DNA of 42,825 nt from a virus (Duplodnaviria > Caudoviricetes), in the IMG/VR virus record IMGVR_UViG_3300048606_000045, positions 1 to 42,825 of that record; one strand, 5' to 3'. The position numbers were made by a program, and so were the translations under genes. The notes beneath the pieces are model-generated. The model worked only from the letters and a program-made list of their open reading frames with translations. It ran no database searches and was not told where the DNA came from. Below, piece by piece: positions 16,889 through 24,353 of the stretch (position 1 is the first letter of the stretch; each line of letters begins with the position of its first letter).

Positions 16889-16931
16889 TTCATAGAATTC
16901 TATGAACAGTATTCCATATAATTCTATGGAA
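16889..16931. promoter_or_regulatory. Two tandem palindromic operators upstream of the Zn-finger/ParB operon
   Basis: TTCATAGAATTCTATGAA (16889-16906, perfect) and TTCCATATAATTCTATGGAA (16912-16931); TTGACT -35 on minus just upstream. Confidence 0.7.
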
Positions 16932-16981
16932 AGTCAAGTATTGATCATTTACAGAATAAAAAAGCCCACAAAGTGTGGACT

Positions 16982-17344
16982 TCAATCTCGCAATTGTTTT
17001 AGCTTTTTATCGATTTCTCTTTTTAATGCTTGTAATTCTTCGGGTGTTTTCTTTGGAGGATTATCCAACATTTCTTTTAAGACAGGCTTCATTCCTCCCC
17101 ATCCATCGTTTTTAGGTGTTTCTTCAAACCAATCGGGAAGAATTTCGGTCCGAATGGATTTCATTTGATTCGCCTTTTTTGGTCGATAATTTTTTAATCG
17201 ATATTCCAATAGCCCTCGATACTGTTTTAATGTTACAATAATGGCAGTCTGATCAGTTAGTAATTCCTGCTTAATACGAGAAAAGGGCGCATGCGGAAAC
17301 ATCGCCCTTAACTCCTTATCAATTAAAGCTATTTGTTCCTGCAT
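16982..17344 (-). CDS. Stand-alone paralogue of the C-terminal half of Rep (19918-20940), with DnaB-like tail
   Basis: Hand alignment IDK...P...IK..L..D...T..QY..L...R...Y and shared KTPEE. Confidence 0.7.
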   Translation of the reverse strand: MQEQIALIDKELRAMFPHAPFSRIKQELLTDQTAIIVTLKQYRGLLEYRLKNYRPKKANQMKSIRTEILPDWFEETPKNDGWGGMKPVLKEMLDNPPKKTPEELQALKREIDKKLKQLRD

Positions 17345-17684
17345 CTTTCATATCCCCTTCAATTCCCTTTGTTTCCACGCATCGTACACGATAAGCCTTT
17401 AAACCTGCTTGTTTTTCGGGCGTATCTGGCATGTCAATTATTTGTATGACTGTTCCGAGCTTTTTGTTTACAAAATTAAAAATTCGCTCGATTTCGTGAT
17501 TCTCTAAAGTCCAATACACATTTTTTAATTCGCCTGCAAGTAAGTAAGTGAAACAATGGGTAGCTCTCTTTTTTGTTTTAGCCATTTCGCTACAATAAAT
17601 ACGCTGACTCACTTCGCTCAGAGTTTCAAAAAGTGATCGTGTTATGTCCTGCTCGATTAGCCCGTATTCAGTTATATTTGTCAT
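17319..17684 (-). CDS. Hypothetical protein
   Basis: Operon-contiguous ORF with GGGGAG RBS. Confidence 0.7.
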   Translation of the reverse strand: MTNITEYGLIEQDITRSLFETLSEVSQRIYCSEMAKTKKRATHCFTYLLAGELKNVYWTLENHEIERIFNFVNKKLGTVIQIIDMPDTPEKQAGLKAYRVRCVETKGIEGDMKDAGTNSFN

Positions 17685-17685
17685 T

Positions 17686-17952
17686 TTAATTTCTCCCCTT
17701 AGTTGGTTTCGACTCTAATACAACGGCATCCGAAAATAATTCTTCATGATTTTTTCCGTAAACTTTTAATGCCGTATCTTCCAGAATTGTGACGATAACA
17801 GAATGGCGCACTAATTCATTTGCCAATTCGTCTGGTATTTCTTCTCCTGCTTCTCTTAATGCATTTACTGTTAGTTGATGTTCGCCCCAAATATCAAACA
17901 TTTCGATATAGTGTTGAGCGAATCGTTTGTACTCCACATTTATAAATCTCAT
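17686..17952 (-). CDS. Hypothetical protein
   Basis: AGGAGG RBS; first gene after the promoter at 17988-18016. Confidence 0.8.
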   Translation of the reverse strand: MRFINVEYKRFAQHYIEMFDIWGEHQLTVNALREAGEEIPDELANELVRHSVIVTILEDTALKVYGKNHEELFSDAVVLESKPTKGRN

Positions 17953-17987
17953 AAGATCCTCCTAGTAGGTTTGTTTGCTACATGAAT

Positions 17988-18016
17988 ATCTTATAATATC
18001 TGTCAGCAACTTGCAA
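17988..18016 (-). promoter_or_regulatory. SigA-type promoter with GCAANTTGC operator
   Basis: TTGCAA-N17-TAAGAT; operator at 18006-18014. Confidence 0.75.
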
Positions 18017-18137
18017 GAGTTTTTTTAAAAAATATTTATCGATTGGAATACTTCTATATAGATATGTTCATTCTATTACTATCCTTCTACTTTTTTTTGA
18101 TCGCGAAATGTATTGATGAAGCCATTTCTATCCCGCA

Positions 18138-18178
18138 CAAAAAAACCACACTCTTTTATTATGAGTGTGGTTTTTTTC
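18138..18178. terminator. Bidirectional terminator
   Basis: AAAAAACCACACTC-loop-GAGTGTGGTTTTTT. Confidence 0.75.
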
Positions 18179-18336
18179 GTGAGTTTAAATAATCACTCCG
18201 CAAACAGATCAACAACGATCCTACAGAATCAATAATCGGAATGACAATGGGACGGTGAAACAACTTTATCATATAGGAAGACTAAACGCAAAGGGCGTAG
18301 CATAGACATATAAAGAAAAGGAGGTGAAGAATAGAA

Positions 18337-18615
18337 ATGATGTATAGACAATCTACATTTAACATGCTTTATGAGAAGTTTTCCACTCAGTTTTTAGAAG
18401 AGTATTGCAACGCTAGACATCTTCAACATTCGCATGATGTAGCTCTATATATCGCAAAAATAGCCACAATGGATTCACTTGTATATTCAATCCATCGGGA
18501 ATACAAAAATCGCTTTATTCTTTTCAAAGTTCACAAGACACTTAGAGACGATCAATCTCTAAGCACGAAAGCTATAGAAAAATTTAGCTTAGTGGATCTA
18601 AAATACTTAAATTAA
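18337..18615 (+). CDS. Isolated moron-like hypothetical protein
   Basis: AAGGAGGTG RBS; flanked by terminators (18138-18178 and 18715-18755). Confidence 0.75.
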   Translation: MMYRQSTFNMLYEKFSTQFLEEYCNARHLQHSHDVALYIAKIATMDSLVYSIHREYKNRFILFKVHKTLRDDQSLSTKAIEKFSLVDLKYLN

Positions 18616-18980
18616 AATTCGACTGAAATGAAATAGGGATTAAAAAGATACATTTGACATATGATATCTTTAGCAGTCCAAACCATCCGTTTTTCACCTT
18701 TCGAGGAAGAATTGAAAAAGGTCGCTCTTTCAGAAATGAGAGAACGACCTTTTTTGAATCTACTTTTCTCGAAGTAAATCGCCTTTAAAGGTCATCGCGC
18801 AAAAAAAGCAGCGAACAATAAAAGTCCTACCCTGTACTTTTCGCCCTTATTGGCTCGCTTTAAATACGATGTTATCAATATAAACGTTTCGCCTTAAATT
18901 TAAACATAAAAAGAACGCTAATTTTCCGATTAGCGTTCTTTGAATAGTTGGAGTTTTTTGTAGCCTGTTATAGTATGTGT

Positions 18981-19646
18981 TCAATCTATTTTTTCAGTCA
19001 AAGAAAGAGAGATATTAAATTTATTTGATTCTCCATCTAATATTAGTTGTAATTTTGTAAAAAGTTTATTTAATGCTTCTGCATCATAGTCTCCGTTATA
19101 TTCTAAGTAAAGTCCTTTTGTAATAATTTTTTGCACTGGAGCTTTTGGTTGTATAATCGGTTTTCGATGTATAGATTCCAATTCTGGTAAGTCGAGTTGC
19201 ACATTATTAGAAGGTTTAGACTTTTCTTGCGCTTGTTTTTTAAGCTTTCCTTTTTGAACATTTGCCGTGCCACCTCTGCGCTTCTTTGGTAACTCTAATT
19301 CATTTACTAAATCAAAATACATTTTATTGCTAATTCCCATTTCGTCTTTAATTTTATCATTATCAAAAATTTCGCGCCATTTAATTAATAATTCTTTTTG
19401 AGTCTCTAATTCTTTTAAAAAGAATTCTTCCCGTGGTATAATTGTTGTGTACATGTTATAAGTCTCAACCTCTCCATTTAATTGATTTCTCTCTTTTGTC
19501 TTCATAAAGTGATAAGGTGTCCGTAGAGCTTTGTTTGAACCGTTTCTAATCCCTTTACCGCGCATATGAAAAGCGCCTGTTCCCGTCTTCTTCTTTTCTC
19601 TCACTTCTTCCATAAATAACTTCTCGATATTCTCCTTATATGCCAC
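18981..19646 (-). CDS. Hypothetical protein, possibly DNA-binding
   Basis: AAGGAAGG RBS; 221-aa ORF; terminator at 18908-18941; divergent from Rep. Confidence 0.75.
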   Translation of the reverse strand: MAYKENIEKLFMEEVREKKKTGTGAFHMRGKGIRNGSNKALRTPYHFMKTKERNQLNGEVETYNMYTTIIPREEFFLKELETQKELLIKWREIFDNDKIKDEMGISNKMYFDLVNELELPKKRRGGTANVQKGKLKKQAQEKSKPSNNVQLDLPELESIHRKPIIQPKAPVQKIITKGLYLEYNGDYDAEALNKLFTKLQLILDGESNKFNISLSLTEKID

Positions 19647-19763
19647 TTAGAACCTTCCTTTCTTAATTACCCTACTAAAACAGTATAGACAGAAATTTCG
19701 AAAAATATAGTTCGTAAGTATACTATATCATAAAGGCATTGGGTAAGAAAAGGAAAATTTTTC

Positions 19764-19792
19764 TTGCTTCTTTTTGCGTTTCGCCTTAAAAT
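19764..19792 (+). promoter_or_regulatory. SigA-type promoter for rep
   Basis: TTGCTT-N17-TAAAAT. Confidence 0.6.
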
Positions 19793-19802
19793 AAAAATAG
19801 AC

Positions 19803-19859
19803 AAAAAAATACCCCCGATTTGGAAGATCGGAGGTTGCGGTTGGTAGTACTAAGTCGAT
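19803..19859 (-). ncRNA. Putative copy-control antisense RNA in the rep leader
   Basis: Minus-strand TAGACA(19894)-N17-TATAAT(19871) promoter; hairpin CCTCCGAT...ATCGGGGG followed by a U-run. Confidence 0.65.
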
Positions 19860-19917
19860 AACTCTATTATAGTATGCCTTCCTGATTTTGTCTATTACAA
19901 ATTAGGAGGAAAATAAA

Positions 19918-20940
19918 ATGTCCAATTTTGAAAGCAGAGTAAAAGAACCGTGGACGACTTACGATAATAAACTAGTTCAAGGTGAAACACTTTTTAAAAA
20001 TTCTAATCAAAAACTCGCTTATATGTTTTTATATTCTTACGCTAGGGCGAAAAAAATTTTTCCGAGTATAGATTCAATAGCTATCGCAATTTGTGCATCG
20101 AGAAGAACGGCTATAAATGTTATAGAAGAATTAGAAAAAATGACTTTTATAGTAGTTAAGCGCGAAGCAGGAAAATCGAATAATTATATATTGAATGATT
20201 ACTTTGAAATAGCCGAAAAATTGACCAGTGCAAAATCTGCACCAGTCCAAAAGTCTGATTCCGAAGAAGAGGAAAAGCAGGACGAAAGAACCCGTGCAGA
20301 ATCTGCACCCGTGCAGGATTTGCACGACACCAGTGCAGAATCTGCACTACTACCAGTGCAAAATCTGCACCCGATAACTAAAACTACTAAAAGTAAAAGT
20401 GAAAAAGAAAAGTTAGTTAGTACTACTACTAAAAAGACTAATAGAGATTTAGTTATTAGTAGTAGTAGTGATGATATTTTAAAAATTGATAAAACTTTTC
20501 AAGAGATTTATAAAGACACGCCACTAGAAGAAATTAAAGCGAAATTATTTGAAGATGCCGAAAGTGGAAAAGTCAAAATGAAAACAGAAGCGCAATATTT
20601 CGCTTTATTCGCAAAAAGAATTCAATTTTATCTTGATGCCCAAAAGAATACGCCTGAGAAGCCCAAAACGGCTCAAATTGACGAGGTAACGCCCGAAATG
20701 GGGCAAGTATCCCTAGAACAGCGTTCGAACGAATTTAAGGCATTTCTGAGACAATCAGGAGAGGTTGCGAATGATTCAGAACTTAGTTCAGAGGGTTCGA
20801 CCGATTCAAAACCTAGTTCCGAAACGCTCGAAACCCAATTAGCCGTATTAACTAATCCAGAAAAAACACCCGAAGAAATTGCAGAGGCGAAAAAAGAAGT
20901 GAAACGCTTGATGGAGCTACTAAGAAACAAAAATAAATAA
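19918..20940 (+). CDS. Second, plasmid-type HTH replication initiator (Rep)
   Basis: KLAYM.L.SYA....IFPS.DSIA.....SRRT.I..I.ELE...FI...R..GKSN.Y winged HTH; internal iterons; AGGAGG RBS. Confidence 0.8.
   Translation: MSNFESRVKEPWTTYDNKLVQGETLFKNSNQKLAYMFLYSYARAKKIFPSIDSIAIAICASRRTAINVIEELEKMTFIVVKREAGKSNNYILNDYFEIAEKLTSAKSAPVQKSDSEEEEKQDERTRAESAPVQDLHDTSAESALLPVQNLHPITKTTKSKSEKEKLVSTTTKKTNRDLVISSSSDDILKIDKTFQEIYKDTPLEEIKAKLFEDAESGKVKMKTEAQYFALFAKRIQFYLDAQKNTPEKPKTAQIDEVTPEMGQVSLEQRSNEFKAFLRQSGEVANDSELSSEGSTDSKPSSETLETQLAVLTNPEKTPEEIAEAKKEVKRLMELLRNKNK
20225..20470. repeat. Second origin inside rep: five palindromic iterons plus an AT-rich tract
   Basis: GTGCARRATYTGCAC at 20228, 20294, 20311, 20333 and 20356, followed by low-complexity ACT/AGT-rich sequence. 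Confidence 0.85.
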
Positions 20941-20944
20941 ATAC

Positions 20945-20984
20945 AAAAAACCGTTGCAAGGAGGATACCAAAACAACGGTTTTT
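20945..20984 (+). terminator. Terminator after rep
   Basis: AAAAACCGTTG ... CAACGGTTTTT. Confidence 0.65.
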
Positions 20985-21134
20985 GTAGAAAAAGACTGAG
21001 ATTTTTCTGTGGGATCAGAAAGTAAATTGAAAAGCAAATGTCATACAGGAGAAATAATAAGCACAAGAAGCCTACACTAATATTTTTTCCGAAAAAAATT
21101 TTTTTAAACAGGAAAAATGCTCTTTGACATGGAA

Positions 21135-21186
21135 ATAAACCATTACGCTCTTATTGCCGTGCTACAATAAGGGCGTAATGGTTTAT
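21135..21186. repeat. 22-bp-arm inverted repeat
   Basis: ATAAACCATTACGCTCTTATTG-8nt-CAATAAGGGCGTAATGGTTTAT, one G-U compatible mismatch. Confidence 0.85.
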
Positions 21187-21396
21187 AAAGTTTTCTAGGA
21201 GGTAAACATGATTTACAAGAAAGGAGGATTCCAAATGGGAAACGAATAAAAGTCAGTAAACCAGAAAGATTTGCAGGGCTTACATGCTCTAGAGCATGGT
21301 TTGGTGTGTTAAGCCCATTAAATACCCAAAGGTATGTACTACTATCATTTGGTTTTTTGCTAAATATAGTGCTAGAAATTATTGGAGGCGAATGTT

Positions 21397-21543
21397 TTGA
21401 CTTGCAAAGAATGCACTTCAGGCGAAATGAAATTAGAAGCTCAATTTATCAAATATGATCCAGATTCACGGAGAGAATTATTGAATGAAACTTATGAATG
21501 CACCCATTGCGGATATATCCAGACCGTAAAATCTTTAGGGTAA
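21397..21543 (+). CDS. 48-aa zinc-ribbon protein (MTCKECTSG...YECTHCGY...)
   Basis: Hand translation; GGAGG RBS; two CxxC; hairpin at 21548-21580. Confidence 0.7.
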   Translation: MTCKECTSGEMKLEAQFIKYDPDSRRELLNETYECTHCGYIQTVKSLG

Positions 21544-21626
21544 TTGAAAAAAGATCGCCCGTGAATGTTAGGCGACCTTTTGAAGGGAAAACACACATGA
21601 AACCAACAACAAACTCAAACCTAATA

Positions 21627-22319
21627 TTAGTGTTTCTCTTGGATAAAAGATTCATGCCCATCTTTTTTTAGTTCTTCTACCTTTTTTTGGGCATTTTCAT
21701 ATTCTGTAAATGTACCTGCTATCACTTGAAATAAGGTCGAATTGTTATTTGGTGTCGGATCTATGCGTTCTAACCCGAAAAACTTTTCTAGACCGATTAC
21801 ATGACCCAATGCTACACTAGATAGATATTGGTCTGTTTTAAGTAAAGTTGCATCAGCTATATTTGAAATAAACAAATTTTCAGTTAATAAAGCTTTCATA
21901 TTCGATTCGCGCAAAACATGAAAATTGGCACGTTTTTTTCCGCGATCCCTAAAGCCCAGATAGCTTGAAATCTGTTTAGTGATTTCTTCATGCATAACAT
22001 TCTGGAATGAAATGGTATCTGCGCCTGATGTGGGATAGATATATGTCTCAAATCCTCGCGCACTTTGATCTGTAGCCGAATTTATATGGACACTAAGAAA
22101 AGCATCTGCGCCCCATTGATTCGCCTGATCTGTCCTTTGATCTAAAGATAAGTAAGCATCCTTGCTTCTGGAGAGCATCGTTTCAACGTTTTTGTAGGAA
22201 TTCAGATAATCGTTTATTTTTGTCACAATACTTAACACGATATTTTTTTCAGAAATGCCATTTCCAATCGCACCAAAATCTTTACCGCCATGACCTGCAT
22301 CTAAAAATATTTTTGTCAA
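21627..22319 (-). CDS. Endolysin: Amidase_3 N-acetylmuramoyl-L-alanine amidase with SPOR-like C-domain (CwlC-like)
   Basis: IFLDAGHGG.D.GA, FLSVHIN, RGFET, VLRESNM.ALLTE.LFI; FQVIAGTF...ENA. Confidence 0.95.
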   Translation of the reverse strand: MTKIFLDAGHGGKDFGAIGNGISEKNIVLSIVTKINDYLNSYKNVETMLSRSKDAYLSLDQRTDQANQWGADAFLSVHINSATDQSARGFETYIYPTSGADTISFQNVMHEEITKQISSYLGFRDRGKKRANFHVLRESNMKALLTENLFISNIADATLLKTDQYLSSVALGHVIGLEKFFGLERIDPTPNNNSTLFQVIAGTFTEYENAQKKVEELKKDGHESFIQEKH

Positions 22320-22364
22320 GAAATGACCTCCTTTAAAATATTTTATGCAATTCGACCGAAATTG

Positions 22365-22664
22365 TTACCGTCCTTCTCTTTCGCGCTGCTCTTTCATTCG
22401 AATACGAGCTACCATAGTCGTCTTGACTCCAGAATAAAGTCCAGACGCAATAAGCCCGTAAACAACACCACTTAATACAGTCGAACTTAAATCATCATTG
22501 CCGTGATCAGCTAAAAAACCAATGAGCATCCCGACCACGATACTAATTAAAGGCGAATGGTAATCTTTTACCCACGGCATCATTTTTATCGCCTGTACCA
22601 ATGCGATAACGATAGGCACAATAATGATCGAGTTCGCGCTGATAACATTTAAATCAAAGTTCAT
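22365..22664 (-). CDS. Holin
   Basis: Three hydrophobic segments; GLIASGLYSG motif; basic C-terminus; directly upstream of the lysin. Confidence 0.85.
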   Translation of the reverse strand: MNFDLNVISANSIIIVPIVIALVQAIKMMPWVKDYHSPLISIVVGMLIGFLADHGNDDLSSTVLSGVVYGLIASGLYSGVKTTMVARIRMKEQREREGR

Positions 22665-22909
22665 TTTTTACACTCACTTTCTTTGATTTGACTTATGATT
22701 TCAGTTTTGGCATTGCTGATATCTTTTTTTAATTGCTCGTAAATAAATTTATTTTGAATCTCGATATTTCCCATTTCGCTTTTTAAGGCTTTATTTTGCT
22801 TCTCGCTTGTTTGATTAGCAATAAAGGCAAAGACCATCGAAAGCAAGATCCCTTCAATGACAATGCCTATAAACATTTCGATGATTGCGATATATAGTTG
22901 TTCGCTCAT
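22661..22909 (-). CDS. Membrane protein with coiled coil (lysis accessory-like)
   Basis: N-terminal TM segment plus coiled-coil tail; coupled to the holin. Confidence 0.65.
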   Translation of the reverse strand: MSEQLYIAIIEMFIGIVIEGILLSMVFAFIANQTSEKQNKALKSEMGNIEIQNKFIYEQLKKDISNAKTEIISQIKESECKK

Positions 22910-23085
22910 TTTAATAGCTCTCTCATTGTGTCTTTTACTTCTTCAATTTCCAAGTACAATTCTTTGCTTTGCTCATGTATCATTTTTTGAGTATTGCTTT
23001 TGCTTAACGCGACATTAAAAACCATAATACTAATAAAAATAATCCAATTAAAAGAATACACTTGATCAAAAAGCCAATCACGCAC
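22906..23085 (-). CDS. 59-aa membrane protein with coiled coil (MRDWLFDQVYSFNWIIFISIMVF...)
   Basis: Hand translation; GGAGG RBS; ATGA overlap downstream. Confidence 0.65.
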   Translation of the reverse strand: MRDWLFDQVYSFNWIIFISIMVFNVALSKSNTQKMIHEQSKELYLEIEEVKDTMRELLK

Positions 23086-23101
23086 AACACTCTCCTCCCA
23101 T

Positions 23102-23929
23102 CTAAGGTGTAGGATTCGCCTGTATTTGATTTTCTAAATCGGTAACTTTTGCTGATAGTTCTTGAATTGATTTCCATGCAATTGAGATCATGGCATATAA
23201 ATCGATTCCGTCCCCTTTAGGGTTTATGGCTTCTAAAGGCGCTTCATCTACAATTAAGCCGATATGAGGGAGATCCGTGTCCGATTCGGTCTTAAATTGA
23301 AACTGTCGAACCATAGCCCCGTTAATTATCGTTTCTGCGTTTGCTTCAAAAGGTACAATGTTCTTTTTTAACTCTCTTTTAGACACATTTGTAAATTCGC
23401 TTGCAAAAATAGGTACATAGCCATCGTAATTCACATTAGCCACACGTACCTCATTACTCATCATTCGTATGGTGTTTGTAGGCGATTTTAAAATTAAAAG
23501 TCCTGCCCCATCCCCTGCTGAAAGAATCATATTTCCATCGCCTGTAGGGTTTTGAAGCATATTGTTGTTGATTTTAAGCCAATTGCCACTTGAATGCATA
23601 AATAAAATATCATTAGAGCTACTTTGTATTTTTAATGGTTGTGATCCCGATTGAAGTTTATTCGTGTAAATTGTATTATTTGCACCTGTGCTTAGATTCC
23701 CAAATATAGTTACATCGCCCGAAACAGTCCCGCCTATCGTTGCATCGAGGGCGTTGTCAATTCCTTCCTCCATATTGTTCAGATTTTCGGCTACAATAGG
23801 TGTCCCTTCGCTAATAATGTTTCCTTCTGCAGGGATCAAGGTCGTTGTTCCGTCTCCATTATTCTGAAAAGTATATGTTCGTGGTCTTTCTACTTCTCTA
23901 TTTTCCCAATTTGTCGGTGTATATGGCAA
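23102..23929 (-). CDS. Tail fibre/spike with C-terminal intramolecular chaperone (peptidase S74-like)
   Basis: GTPI.AENLNNME.GI; S.RELKKNI ... HIGLIVDEAP ... DLYAM....WK.IQEL. Confidence 0.85.
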   Translation of the reverse strand: MPYTPTNWENREVERPRTYTFQNNGDGTTTLIPAEGNIISEGTPIVAENLNNMEEGIDNALDATIGGTVSGDVTIFGNLSTGANNTIYTNKLQSGSQPLKIQSSSNDILFMHSSGNWLKINNNMLQNPTGDGNMILSAGDGAGLLILKSPTNTIRMMSNEVRVANVNYDGYVPIFASEFTNVSKRELKKNIVPFEANAETIINGAMVRQFQFKTESDTDLPHIGLIVDEAPLEAINPKGDGIDLYAMISIAWKSIQELSAKVTDLENQIQANPTP

Positions 23930-23930
23930 A

Positions 23931-24347
23931 TTAACTCACTCCTTCGTCTCCTACAATATATTGTCCACAATAAGGGCGGGCATTTAATTGAAGTTTTATG
24001 TGATGATTTAAAAGGACTAAATTACTTTCTAACCTGTTTGCATCTTCGAATGTAAAAGGCGAATTATAAGTCCAACCCATTTTAGGCGAAATGAATCCTG
24101 TAGGATTATTTAAAGCAGCGCCTAAAATTGCCGTATCTCTTTCAATTAAATATAATTCTTCTGCAAATGGGATAGCCTCCTCCGTCCGATTTAAAACAGG
24201 CATATGTAAAGTAAATGTCGTTTTGCGATAATCTTCTACTTTTGTTTTCAATAGTGTAAGCATATTTTCCACTCGATTTAAAGCCGTGTGATTATAATAG
24301 TCTAAGGGTGTCCAGTCTGTTTTTGCATCGAGAAAAGGATCTGCCAT
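23931..24347 (-). CDS. Minor tail/baseplate protein
   Basis: KTDW...DYYN...LNRVE motif, repeated as DANRLESN; synteny. Confidence 0.65.
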   Translation of the reverse strand: MADPFLDAKTDWTPLDYYNHTALNRVENMLTLLKTKVEDYRKTTFTLHMPVLNRTEEAIPFAEELYLIERDTAILGAALNNPTGFISPKMGWTYNSPFTFEDANRLESNLVLLNHHIKLQLNARPYCGQYIVGDEGVS

Positions 24348-24353
24348 TTCGCC

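Noticed and set aside
22333-22365. SigK promoter in front of the endolysin (AACA-N15-CATAAAATA)
   Set aside because: Spacing appears one base short of the recalled consensus and the motif is low-information.
23102-23929. Diversity-generating retroelement or invertible tail-fibre cassette
   Set aside because: No reverse transcriptase or invertase, and no template/variable repeat pair seen.
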